A stretch of 64,000 nt of DNA from a virus. Lineage: Duplodnaviria > Caudoviricetes. Within the stretch, counting starts at the first letter, position 1, and each line of letters starts with the position of its first letter. This document shows positions 28,445 through 38,363 of the stretch, in pieces. The notes under the pieces were generated by a model. That model was given only the letters and a program-made list of their open reading frames with translations, was not told where the DNA came from and searched no databases. The position numbers and the translations under genes are program-made. The stretch lies in IMG/VR virus record IMGVR_UViG_3300021400_000130, positions 89,614 through 153,613 of that record; one strand, 5' to 3'.

Positions 28445-28864
28445 ATGAGTTACGATTTCGAGTTTGATTTTGATTCTTTCGGCAACGTCATCATGAATGA
28501 TGTTGATTTTGAAGAGACTGAGTTTGACGATGCTGACCCGTATGATATGGAATGGGATGACCATTATTATGATTATGCGGATTGGAACTCTGACTACTTG
28601 GACGATGGTTGTCCCATTGACGATGATTATGAGGATGATGATCTGTTCTATGAGGATCAGCTTCACGATTACGAGCGTAAACTTCGTTCTCGTATCGCTA
28701 ATAACGAAACTATCTATTCTTCGGAGATCGACATGTATTCTGACCTCTTTAAAGATGCTTTCGGATTTCGTCCTCATGGTCTTATGGGCTGGCTTACTGA
28801 GTATGAAAACATTATTGATGACTATGCTGAAGCCCGTGCAAAGATTGAAGCTAATAGGAAGTGA
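28445..28864 (+). CDS. Highly acidic protein
   Basis: GGAGG SD; D/E plus aromatic-rich N-half; YSDLFKDAFGFRP C-terminal motif. Confidence 0.7.
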   Translation: MSYDFEFDFDSFGNVIMNDVDFEETEFDDADPYDMEWDDHYYDYADWNSDYLDDGCPIDDDYEDDDLFYEDQLHDYERKLRSRIANNETIYSSEIDMYSDLFKDAFGFRPHGLMGWLTEYENIIDDYAEARAKIEANRK

Positions 28865-29022
28865 CCCTGTTTGAGATATATATTAGCAAAAGATCTTATA
28901 CCTTTATTAGAGCGGAAGCCTAATAGAAAAATATCCGAAAATATTGTACATTACTGGTTTGTAATGTATGGACAGAATAGTTCAGTTCAGGATCCTATTC
29001 CTGAACAACCTCCCACAAATAG

Positions 29023-29077
29023 TTGAATTAACTGAATATTTATTATATAATACTACTATATCTAATATAGTAGTATT
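29023..29077 (+). promoter_or_regulatory. Promoter with overlapping 13-bp perfect inverted repeat (operator-like)
   Basis: TTGAAT-N17-TATAAT; AATACTACTATAT-CTA-ATATAGTAGTATT at 29049-29077. Confidence 0.75.
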
Positions 29078-29099
29078 TCTGTATTGAGGAGATTATAAT

Positions 29100-29825
29100 A
29101 TGATTACAGATGAACAGATTCAGAAGAATAAAGAGCGTTTCCTTGAGTTGGTGTCTTCTATTGAAAGACCAAATTCCAACCTTGAAGGTTTGATTAATTG
29201 GCTACAGAATTCTGACTTCTTTGTAGCTCCTGCAAGTCATAAATATCATTCAGCTTATAAAGGAGGTCTTTGTGCACACTCCTTGAACGTTTATGACAAC
29301 CTTGTAGCTCTTGTAAAGGATTTTGGTATGGAGGGAATTATCTCCGAAGATACTTGCAAGATTGTTGGATTGTTGCACGATCTTGCAAAGATTAATTTCT
29401 ATAAGATTGATTATAGGAATAAGAAGATCTATAGCGATACCGGTAGCAAACGCGACGAGCAAGGCAGATTTGATTGGGTTACTGTTAAAGAGTATGCTTG
29501 TCTGGAGGACACCGAAAGGTTTATTTACGGCAATCATGAGACGACATCTGAATATTACATTAGATCCTTCATTCCTCTGACGTATATTGAATCTATCGCA
29601 ATTATTCATCATCATGGAAATATGTCGTGGGATAGCATGCAGGATAATGTAGCCAGCGTCTGGAATACATATCCGCTCTCTACTCTTATCTTTATTGCAG
29701 ATCTTGAAGCGGCGTTTATCAATGAGAATACAAACGGAAATATCTTCTTTAGGGTGAATAGAAATGAACAAAATAATACAGAAGCAGTTGGAGAAGTTGA
29801 CAATACCGAACAAACCTCAGTATGA
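29100..29825 (+). CDS. HD-domain phosphohydrolase
   Basis: APAS..YH...GGL..HSLNV, LLHDLAK, H, HHH, AD. Confidence 0.85.
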   Translation: MITDEQIQKNKERFLELVSSIERPNSNLEGLINWLQNSDFFVAPASHKYHSAYKGGLCAHSLNVYDNLVALVKDFGMEGIISEDTCKIVGLLHDLAKINFYKIDYRNKKIYSDTGSKRDEQGRFDWVTVKEYACLEDTERFIYGNHETTSEYYIRSFIPLTYIESIAIIHHHGNMSWDSMQDNVASVWNTYPLSTLIFIADLEAAFINENTNGNIFFRVNRNEQNNTEAVGEVDNTEQTSV

Positions 29826-30153
29826 TGAAAATACAACACATCTAGTATTCCCGAAAAGAGATTCCACTTCTAGACCTGTTGATACTGGGTTAGTTGTAAA
29901 TGGTGTTTATAAGATTGTCCTAGCAAATTATATTGTTAATCCTCCTCCTGACTTCACGCTGGATATAGATTGGAACAAAGGAAAGAAAATTTTGGACACA
30001 ACTTTGTTTGTTCAGATAAATCAGATCGCTGGTAAGATGATTCGGTTTACGGGTAGAGGATATAATTTCAATACGGACGAAACAAACAATAACTTCTATG
30101 ATAGCATGTGGGTACCAGCGAAATCTATTATAAGTTATGAGAGGGCAGAATGA
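29764..30153 (+). CDS. Hypothetical protein
   Basis: ORF abutting dnaX. Confidence 0.55.
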   Translation: MNKIIQKQLEKLTIPNKPQYDENTTHLVFPKRDSTSRPVDTGLVVNGVYKIVLANYIVNPPPDFTLDIDWNKGKKILDTTLFVQINQIAGKMIRFTGRGYNFNTDETNNNFYDSMWVPAKSIISYERAE

Positions 30154-31167
30154 ATGTCGCTAGCAACAAAGTACAGACCAAAAACTCTTGAAGAAGTAAT
30201 CTCACAAGGTTCTATTGTAAAGATTCTTAACAGGCAGATTGAAACAGGGCAGATCAAAAATGCTTATGTATTTTCAGGCGCTAGTGGTTGTGGTAAAACC
30301 ACCTCTGCTAGAGCATTTGCTTCTGCTATTAACAAAGGCCAAGGATCTCCTATTGAAATAGACGGAGCATCTAACAATGGTGTTGATAACATCAAGGCTA
30401 TTATAAAATCTGCAAGTGAGAGAGCTCTTGATAGCGAATATAAAGTTTACATAATTGACGAGGCTCATGCTCTTACAAATGCTAGTTGGCAAGCCTTGCT
30501 TAAGACATTAGAAGAACCTCCTCTGTATACTATATTTATTTTCTGCACTACAGATCCGCAGAAGATTCCGGCAACTATTATGAATCGTGTAATGAAGTTT
30601 AACTTCAATAGAATTGGTTCAAAACAGATTCGAGATCGCCTAATGTATATTTGTAAACAAGAAGGTTTTACAGATTACGAAGAATCTTGTGATTACATAA
30701 GCCGTATATGTAACGGTGAGATGCGAGCAGGTATTGCTTATCTTGAAAAGTGTGCAGATTATAGTAAGAGTATTACTATAGAAAATACACTTCAAGCGAT
30801 TGGAAATTATTCTTATGACATCTTTTTCAATCTTCTAAACGCAGTTATTGATGCTAATGAATCAGATGTTTTAATGAAGATCGACGAAGTTTATAACTCA
30901 GGAAATGATCTAAAACTATTTGTTGAGCAGTTTTTATCTTTCTGTTTAGATGTCGATAAGTATGCTCTATTTAAAGATTATACTCTAACTCAGATACCTT
31001 CAAGTATGCAATCAAAGTTAGAATATTGTGTTAATTTTGAAGGAGCACCAAAGTATTACAGCTACATTGTTGATAAATTATTAGTTCTAAAGAATATGTT
31101 AAAGAATGATAACAACCCTAGAACTTCTATTGATGTTGTCTTTCTTCAGATGTGTAGGTTGGTGTAA
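30154..31167 (+). CDS. dnaX: Clamp loader gamma/tau subunit
   Basis: LATKYRPK, GASGCGKTT, EIDGASNNGVD, IIDEAH, LLKTLEEPP, TTDPQKIPATI. Confidence 0.93.
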   Translation: MSLATKYRPKTLEEVISQGSIVKILNRQIETGQIKNAYVFSGASGCGKTTSARAFASAINKGQGSPIEIDGASNNGVDNIKAIIKSASERALDSEYKVYIIDEAHALTNASWQALLKTLEEPPLYTIFIFCTTDPQKIPATIMNRVMKFNFNRIGSKQIRDRLMYICKQEGFTDYEESCDYISRICNGEMRAGIAYLEKCADYSKSITIENTLQAIGNYSYDIFFNLLNAVIDANESDVLMKIDEVYNSGNDLKLFVEQFLSFCLDVDKYALFKDYTLTQIPSSMQSKLEYCVNFEGAPKYYSYIVDKLLVLKNMLKNDNNPRTSIDVVFLQMCRLV

Positions 31168-31958
31168 TGTCAGGACAAGAGTTACTACTAGAAAGAATTG
31201 ATAATTATACACTTGATTCCTTTCCTCGCTCTGTAATACTTCTTGGTCAGAAAGGTTCGGGAAGACATCTACTAGCAGAGTATATTTCTATGAAACTTCA
31301 TGTTGAGAAAGTTGAGATAAAAACTTCTGTCTCGTACGAAGATATAGAACAGTTTATAACAAGACCTCAACCGTATTTATATCTTTTTGATGCTTCTTTG
31401 CTATCAATTAAACAACAGAATGTTATTCTTAAGTTTCTTGAAGAGCCTCTAAAAAATTGTTATATCATCATTGTATGTGAAACAAAACAGCAACTTCTGG
31501 ATACAATTCTAAATAGATGTCAGATATGGACACTAGCAACATATACCCCACAATCACTTAAAAGTATGTTTCCGGAAGTAACTGAATTCCAGCTAACTAT
31601 TGCTACTACACCTGGTCAAGTAATTGATATTCTTAAAATATCTGACCAAAAGCTTCAATATATGAATGAGTTATCTGAAAAGATTGTTCACAGTATTTCA
31701 AGGGCGGGAATTGCAAACACACTTTCTGTAGCAGATAGATTCTATTATGGAGAAGCTGAAGACGGAAAATATAGTTTTGAAATCTTTATAAAAATTCTTC
31801 TTAAGTGTATTAAGAAAGCAATTGTTGAAAATACAGATCCGGTATTTTATAACATATATTGTTTAACTTCCGAGCTGTATAATCAAACATTTATTCCGAA
31901 CATTAACAAGAAACAACTGTTTGAGTGTTATCTCATGAAACTGAAACTAGGTGTTTGA
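31167..31958 (+). CDS. holB: Clamp loader delta-prime-like subunit
   Basis: Degenerate Walker A GQKGSGRH, QNVILKFLEEP, LLDTILNRC. Confidence 0.75.
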   Translation: MSGQELLLERIDNYTLDSFPRSVILLGQKGSGRHLLAEYISMKLHVEKVEIKTSVSYEDIEQFITRPQPYLYLFDASLLSIKQQNVILKFLEEPLKNCYIIIVCETKQQLLDTILNRCQIWTLATYTPQSLKSMFPEVTEFQLTIATTPGQVIDILKISDQKLQYMNELSEKIVHSISRAGIANTLSVADRFYYGEAEDGKYSFEIFIKILLKCIKKAIVENTDPVFYNIYCLTSELYNQTFIPNINKKQLFECYLMKLKLGV

Positions 31959-32882
31959 ATGGATCTACAACAGATAAAGGCTTCCGTAGAGAATAAGAAT
32001 TTGATAAAAGGTCTTGTAGTGTTTGTTTGCAAGAATGGTACTTTTATTCCTTTACAGTATTTAAGTTGGTACAGAAAAAATAACATAGAAGTTGAATATG
32101 TTGAAGATATTTTAAAACTTAAAAATAATTCAAATAGTCTGTTTGGATCTTGGGACGATACTTCTGATAAACAGTATGTGTTCTCTTGTGAATTGTTTGA
32201 ACTTCCTGACGATTGTCTTTCGTATTTTCAAACAACAGATAAAAACATCTGGGTCATTTGTAATAAAGTATCTGATTCTGTTTCAAAGCAACTTAAAGAA
32301 AATATTGTTGTAGTTCCTAAGTTAGAAAAGTGGCAAATTGAAGATCTTGCATATTCAATGGCAGACGGAGCTGATACGGGAGACATTGAATATATATTAA
32401 AAGTTTGTGGTAATGACATAAATCGTCTTTATTCCGAACTTGAAAAGATTTCTTTATTTACTTCACAAGAAAGAAAGTCTGTTGTTAAGGATTTCATATA
32501 TGATGGTGTTTTCAATGATCTTAGCCGATATACTATATTTGATATATCAAGTGCAATTATCAAAAAAGACATTCCATCTTTGAAAACTGTGTATACAGAA
32601 ATTGAAAATATTGATTGTGATCCTCTTGGCCTTGTAGCAATATTAATCAAAAATTTTCGTGATGTTATTTCTGTTCAGTGTACAAACAATCCTTCAGCTC
32701 AATCTTGTGGAATGGATAGTAAGAAGTTCTGGGCAGTTAAGTATTCTTGTGGTTTCTATACAAGAGATCAACTAGTAAAGATTTATAGTATGTTAACTTC
32801 TGTTGACAGGCGTTTAAAGACAGGAGATATAACTACTGACATTATTATAGATTACATAATTACATATATTCTAAGTGTATAA
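31959..32882 (+). CDS. holA: Clamp loader delta-like subunit
   Basis: ELEKISLF, IFDISSAI, D..LKTG C-terminal motif; follows holB. Confidence 0.7.
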   Translation: MDLQQIKASVENKNLIKGLVVFVCKNGTFIPLQYLSWYRKNNIEVEYVEDILKLKNNSNSLFGSWDDTSDKQYVFSCELFELPDDCLSYFQTTDKNIWVICNKVSDSVSKQLKENIVVVPKLEKWQIEDLAYSMADGADTGDIEYILKVCGNDINRLYSELEKISLFTSQERKSVVKDFIYDGVFNDLSRYTIFDISSAIIKKDIPSLKTVYTEIENIDCDPLGLVAILIKNFRDVISVQCTNNPSAQSCGMDSKKFWAVKYSCGFYTRDQLVKIYSMLTSVDRRLKTGDITTDIIIDYIITYILSV

Positions 32883-32893
32883 AGGAGAAGTTT

Positions 32894-33211
32894 ATGGATA
32901 AAATCGCTCGTCATGAAGAAATTACTAAGGGTCTAACAGAGTTGTATTGCTCAAAGAATGCAGATTACGGGGACAGTGTTCACAATACATATAAGAGATA
33001 CGGTCTAACTTCTTTTCTTGTTAGAATGGAAGATAAATTAAACAGAGTTTATTCTCTTACTAGAAAGCCTCAGGAAGAACAAAAAGTAAAGGATGAATCT
33101 ATTCGGGACACTCTTCTTGATCTGGCAAACTATGCTATTATTGCTGTTGTTGAATTAGACGAGGAGAAAGCAAAGCTCACAAGTTACGGTTCCGATATTA
33201 ATAAGGAGTAA
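32894..33211 (+). CDS. DUF1599 / nucleotide-modification-associated domain 1 protein
   Basis: KNADYGDS, VRMEDKLNR, DESIRDTLLDLANYAI. Confidence 0.8.
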   Translation: MDKIARHEEITKGLTELYCSKNADYGDSVHNTYKRYGLTSFLVRMEDKLNRVYSLTRKPQEEQKVKDESIRDTLLDLANYAIIAVVELDEEKAKLTSYGSDINKE

Positions 33212-33212
33212 T

Positions 33213-34280
33213 ATGCGTATTCTTCTATTTAGTGATGTTCATTGGTCCACATATTCTTCTATTGTAAGAGCAAGAGGACAAAAATATTCACTCCGTTTAG
33301 AAAACCTCATAAATTCTATGAACTGGGTAGAGGAGTGTGCAAAAGAATACGGATGTAAACAAGTAATCTGTTTAGGTGACTTCTTTGATAAAGCAGAACT
33401 TGATGCAGAAAGTATTACCGCACTTAATGATATTCAGTGGAGTTCAATTCCTCATACATTTCTTGTGGGAAATCATGAAGTAAATTCTGCTGATTTGAAA
33501 TACAGTACTGCTCATCTGTTTAATCTAAAAGACAGTAAAGTTATAAATACTCCTTGCATTGAAGAACTCGCAGATTGTCAGATTTTATATCTCCCTTATT
33601 ATCTTGAGAAAGATAGACCTAGCCTAACAGAGCTGTTTAAAGATAGAGACCCTTCTGCAAAGAAGCTCCTGTTGAGTCATAATGATATAAAAGGAATAAA
33701 CTACGGAAAGTTTATTTCTAAAGAAGGGTTTTCTGTATCAGAAATAGAATCTGTCTGTGATATATGCGTTAATGGTCATCTTCATAATGAAAGTCAGGTT
33801 ACTAGTAAGATTAGAAATATCGGTAATCTGACAGGGCAGAATTTTTCAGAAGATGCTTTTCACTACGGTCATAAGATTGTTATTGTTGATACTTATGAGT
33901 GGAAGTTTTATATATTGCAGAATCCATTTGCTTTCAATTTTTATAAGTTAGAACTTGTGGATGATTGGAATATAGATGACTTGAATCGTCTTTGTGCTAG
34001 TCTTAAGAATAATTCTATCCTGACGGTGCATTGTAAACAAGATGACGGTTACCAATGTTTAAGGGCAAGGTTTGATCCTAAGTGGCCTGACAATGGATTT
34101 CCGAAATGCTCGAATGTACTTGTTAGTAAATTCATTGTTGAGAGGCCAAGAAGTGAAAACAGTCCTACTGAGGAAATATCATTTTCAGTTGACCACTTGA
34201 ACCAGTTCAAGGAATATATACTTGAAAATATTGGTTCGGACGATGTTACGCTATCTGAACTTCAGGAGATTTGTAAATGA
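33213..34280 (+). CDS. sbcD: SbcD/Mre11-like nuclease
   Basis: FSDVH, LGDFFD, VGNHE, SH, NGHLH; coupled to SbcC. Confidence 0.85.
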   Translation: MRILLFSDVHWSTYSSIVRARGQKYSLRLENLINSMNWVEECAKEYGCKQVICLGDFFDKAELDAESITALNDIQWSSIPHTFLVGNHEVNSADLKYSTAHLFNLKDSKVINTPCIEELADCQILYLPYYLEKDRPSLTELFKDRDPSAKKLLLSHNDIKGINYGKFISKEGFSVSEIESVCDICVNGHLHNESQVTSKIRNIGNLTGQNFSEDAFHYGHKIVIVDTYEWKFYILQNPFAFNFYKLELVDDWNIDDLNRLCASLKNNSILTVHCKQDDGYQCLRARFDPKWPDNGFPKCSNVLVSKFIVERPRSENSPTEEISFSVDHLNQFKEYILENIGSDDVTLSELQEICK

Positions 34281-36160
34281 TTATTAAATTCAATAGTATT
34301 CGTCTGAGTAACTTTATGAGTTTCAATGATGAGACTGTTAAACTTGACGATCTTGGATATACTCTTGTTTCTGGAAGAAATGAAGCTGTAGAAGATTCTG
34401 CTTTAAGTAATGGCTCAGGAAAAAGTTCTCTTTGGGAAGGAATTGTATGGGCTTTAACTGGAGAAACTATTAGAGGAAATAAGAATGTTGTAAACATCTT
34501 TGGAAATGACGGTGCAGTTGTTGCACTTGATTTTGATGTTGATTCAAACCACTTTACTATTCAGCGGTCAAAAGATCATAGTAAGCTAAAGAGTTCTCTA
34601 ACAATCTTTTTGAATGGAACAGATGTTTCTGGAAAAGGAATTAGAGATAGCGAAGCAATTTTAAAACAGTATCTGCCAGATTTAACTAGTTCTTTATTGA
34701 GTAGTGTTATTATTCTTGGTCAAGGTCTTCCTCAACGATTTTCAAATAATACCCCTTCGGGAAGAAAACAAGTACTTGAAGAGCTTTCAAAATCTGATTT
34801 CATGATTGAAGATCTAAAACAGCGTATCTGTAGCAGAAAGACTGTTTTGTCTGATTCTGTTCAAGATATACAAAAGAAGGCTTTATCTGAGAATACCAAG
34901 AGGGACATTTTCGTTAAACAGCTACAAGAAGCAAAAGAAAAACTTTCAAGTTATTCAGACGATAATATTCACTCTTTTGAAAAAGATGTTCTTGATCTAC
35001 AAAAAGAAAAAGAACAGGTTGAAGACAAACTAGAAAAACTTAGTAAGATAATCGACTCAAAAGAGAAAGACATTTCAGCTCTTCATGAAGAATTCTATGC
35101 AAAGAAGTCTGAAAGTACTTCAAAAGTAGCAGAAGTTACTTCTAAATATTCTGAAAAACTTACAGAAGTTACAGTTAAGATTTCATCCTTGCAACTGAAG
35201 GAAACTTTGGAAAAGAAAGAACTTTCTAGGCTGGAAAGCATTACTGATGTATGTCCTACTTGTGGGCAGAAATTAGTTGGAGTTACAAAGCCCGACACTA
35301 CTTCTATCAAAGAAAGTATAAAACAGATAAGCGAAGAACTTCAAAAACTAAATAGTGAAAAAGTTTCTATAACTAATGATAAGCAGAAAAAGCAACAGGA
35401 AGTAGAATCCTCTTTTTCAGAAGTACTGAAAGAGATACAAAGGAAAAAGGATCTACTGTGTGAAGAGTTAGCAGAGGAAGAAAGAAACAATCGTTCACTA
35501 CTCTCAGAAAGAGAAAATGTTTATAAAAGTCTCCAAGAGGCAGAATATTTCCTGAGTGCTGCAGAAGCAGAAAGAAAGAATATAGAGCAGAAGATTAAAG
35601 AGCTTGTTTCTCAGATTGAAACTACTGAGGCACAGTTATTGTATTATAATAACGAAGAGGAAGATACAAAGAACCACCTCGCTGTAGTTAACAAGATGGA
35701 AACTGTTGTCAAAAGAGATTTTCGTGGATGCCTACTTAAGAATGTTATTGATTTCATTAATAACAGAGCTAAGATATACTCGGAAGTTGTTTTCGGAAAT
35801 AACCTAATTGATTTCAAACAAGAAGGAAATAATATTTCAATCTCATTTGACAACAAAGAATATGAGTCTTTAAGTGGCGGAGAACAGAAGAAGCTAGATG
35901 TAATTATACAGTTGGCTATCAGAGATATGTTGTGTCGTCTAATGAATTTCTCAAGTAATATTCTTGTTTGTGACGAAATATTTGATGCTCTTGATATAAC
36001 TGGATGTCAAAAAATTATAGATTTAGTCTCTACTAATCTTGAGGATGTTAGTAGCGTATTCATTGTTACACACCGAGATAATCTTTGTATTCCTTGCGAT
36101 AATCAAATTACTGTTGTCAAGGATGTAAATAAGATTAGTCATGTTATACAGGAAACCTAA
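34277..36160 (+). CDS. sbcC: SbcC/Rad50-like SMC ATPase
   Basis: NGSGKSS, coiled coil, CPTCGQ zinc hook, LSGGE, VCDEIFDALD, VTH. Confidence 0.92.
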   Translation: MIIKFNSIRLSNFMSFNDETVKLDDLGYTLVSGRNEAVEDSALSNGSGKSSLWEGIVWALTGETIRGNKNVVNIFGNDGAVVALDFDVDSNHFTIQRSKDHSKLKSSLTIFLNGTDVSGKGIRDSEAILKQYLPDLTSSLLSSVIILGQGLPQRFSNNTPSGRKQVLEELSKSDFMIEDLKQRICSRKTVLSDSVQDIQKKALSENTKRDIFVKQLQEAKEKLSSYSDDNIHSFEKDVLDLQKEKEQVEDKLEKLSKIIDSKEKDISALHEEFYAKKSESTSKVAEVTSKYSEKLTEVTVKISSLQLKETLEKKELSRLESITDVCPTCGQKLVGVTKPDTTSIKESIKQISEELQKLNSEKVSITNDKQKKQQEVESSFSEVLKEIQRKKDLLCEELAEEERNNRSLLSERENVYKSLQEAEYFLSAAEAERKNIEQKIKELVSQIETTEAQLLYYNNEEEDTKNHLAVVNKMETVVKRDFRGCLLKNVIDFINNRAKIYSEVVFGNNLIDFKQEGNNISISFDNKEYESLSGGEQKKLDVIIQLAIRDMLCRLMNFSSNILVCDEIFDALDITGCQKIIDLVSTNLEDVSSVFIVTHRDNLCIPCDNQITVVKDVNKISHVIQET

Positions 36161-36977
36161 TAACCTAAAATATACGACAATGGCGATGTATATTGATGAG
36201 AATATATATAAGCCTGAGCATAATCAAGAAATAATCTATAAGTATTTATATTTCTTAGCAATAATGCTTTCGCACAAAGGGAATCTTTTTAATATAGAAG
36301 AAGAATACGAACAGTTTGCGATCTACTATGCTTCTCAGCTGTATTTGAGATTAACAAACAAGAAACAGTTTGAATATAATGATAACGGCGAGCCCAAACT
36401 GAAAAGAATAAAAAGTATTCTTAATTATATGAAGAGTACAATAAGTCAAAGGGCAGCTGAATTTGACAAGTATGAATATGAAAATAATTCTGGTCAGTTA
36501 CCTGAAGACGTTATTGGTGAATATTCGTTTCGTCAGTTAGTTTCAGAATCTACTGACTCGCTTAGTAGAGTAGAGTTTGAATCTTGTTTAGGAGATATTA
36601 TAACGGGATTAAGAGCATATCTAGAACACATTCCGTATAAGAAAAATAGCGTATTATACACTAATATATATTTAAGTTGTCTTTTAAGTTTTTTAAATTC
36701 CATTGTTCTTGATAACAAGAGTTTACGAAAATTTTGTTCCGCATCTTCTATATCTCCAGATCAATTAGAAATGTTGTATAGGAAGCAAAATAAAGATTTT
36801 GTTATATTGTTTCATCTTCCAACAGAGATGAAGGGTTATATTCAAACTTTAACAAATGGTATGAAACATTTTATAGCGGAAGATTTATCCTGGCAAGGAA
36901 GGGACTATATATCATCTCATTCAAATATGTTATCTCTACTAGCAAATAGTATAAACAATAATGAAGGAACGGAATAA
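36141..36977 (+). CDS. Hypothetical protein
   Basis: 278 aa ORF coupled to neighbours. Confidence 0.6.
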   Translation: MLYRKPNNLKYTTMAMYIDENIYKPEHNQEIIYKYLYFLAIMLSHKGNLFNIEEEYEQFAIYYASQLYLRLTNKKQFEYNDNGEPKLKRIKSILNYMKSTISQRAAEFDKYEYENNSGQLPEDVIGEYSFRQLVSESTDSLSRVEFESCLGDIITGLRAYLEHIPYKKNSVLYTNIYLSCLLSFLNSIVLDNKSLRKFCSASSISPDQLEMLYRKQNKDFVILFHLPTEMKGYIQTLTNGMKHFIAEDLSWQGRDYISSHSNMLSLLANSINNNEGTE

Positions 36978-37351
36978 TGCGTGTAAAAGAAGATCTAGCA
37001 AAACTAAATGAAGTAGACACTTATTCTCTTATTCTGTTTGTGCTATACAGATTAAGAGGTGTTCCTGAGTACTCTGCTATAAGTGAATTAGCTTATGTAC
37101 TTGACAAAAACAATCTATTAAGACTACTTGAATATTTTGGTGGACTTACAATTACAATTCCAACAGTAGAAGAATTAGAGGAAATTGTTCAATCTTTATT
37201 ACTGTATCAATACATAGATATTGATGGTAAATCCTTTGAAGAAGCTCTGAAGTTAGTTGGTAAGAAAACAACTGACATCAGAATTGTAAAGAGAAATTAC
37301 AGTAAGATTAAAGAAATACTAGAACAATATAGTTTTATCAATGGATCTTAA
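36977..37351 (+). CDS. Hypothetical protein, possibly Mor-like DNA-binding
   Basis: LLEYFGGLTITIP motif resembles Mor/C activators. Confidence 0.45.
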   Translation: MRVKEDLAKLNEVDTYSLILFVLYRLRGVPEYSAISELAYVLDKNNLLRLLEYFGGLTITIPTVEELEEIVQSLLLYQYIDIDGKSFEEALKLVGKKTTDIRIVKRNYSKIKEILEQYSFINGS

Positions 37352-37855
37352 TATAATACTTAAAGATTTACAAAAGTATAAAAGAAGTAAGGATACGTTA
37401 CTTCCTATGTATATTCAACTAAGGTTAGACAAATCGTTAGTAACATATTACAAACAATTAGCTTCAAGTATTAAGTACTATGATAAGAAAGACGAATTAA
37501 AGATACTAAAGAACTTAGGGGGCACAAAATGACTGACCTTATTGAAGATCTAAAAACACTGACCACTATACCAAGATCCGCACTAGAACAGTTACAAGAG
37601 AAGTCTGAATCTATTATTTGTCATTCCTTATTTGAGTCAAGACAGAATGGTGAATCTATTACAGAAATTGATCTTGGTATTGGTTATTTAAATATACTTA
37701 ATGAAGGGGATTACATAAAGTATAAGTTTATACCCTCTTCTAGGCTCGAAAAGAAGCTCATTGAAGCTACAAAATCAGATTATAGCCCGTTAACTACAGA
37801 AGTAGAATCTGCACTCAAGTCAAAGGTAATGGATGTGTATAAAAATCTTTTCTGA
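37341..37855 (+). other. Two hypothetical CDS (37341-37532, 37529-37855)
   Basis: Overlapping stop/start chain. Confidence 0.55.
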
Positions 37856-38363
37856 GGACATTGTTATGAATGAAGAACCAAAAGAGCAAGAAATAACTGA
37901 AAAGTTTTTAACTGAGACTGACCCGAAAGAGTTGCAATCTATTGTTGATTTGTTCAATCTTAACTTACGCAAAAAGAATATGTTAAGAACAACACGAATC
38001 AGCGAGATTCAAGATAACATTGTAAATCAGATATTTGAACGGGTCAATTCAAGACCAGATGAATTTAGTAATACTGATCTTATAAATTACTTTAAAGTAA
38101 TGCAGGAAACTCTACTTAAGAATCCAGCCGAAGGGGAACTACCTCAGATACACATCAATCAGAATAACCAAGTAAATATCAGTGTAGACAATGAAGGTCT
38201 TGATAGAATGTCACGAGAAAGAGTTGCTAATGCAATCCGTAATATTCTTAATCAAGCTAAAGGAGAGTTGATTTCTACTGATAATAACGGTATAATTAAT
38301 ACTGATGAGCCAGAAATTATAGAATCGGAGGATATTCCTTTTGAGTTACAACACGAAGAATGA
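37833..38363 (+). CDS. Hypothetical protein (likely start 37866)
   Basis: Helical, QIHINQNNQVNI segment. Confidence 0.5.
   Translation: MCIKIFSEDIVMNEEPKEQEITEKFLTETDPKELQSIVDLFNLNLRKKNMLRTTRISEIQDNIVNQIFERVNSRPDEFSNTDLINYFKVMQETLLKNPAEGELPQIHINQNNQVNISVDNEGLDRMSRERVANAIRNILNQAKGELISTDNNGIINTDEPEIIESEDIPFELQHEE

Noticed and set aside
30154-31167. dnaX programmed -1 frameshift
   Set aside because: Gene is already gamma-sized and no A AAA AAG slippery site with a downstream extension was seen.
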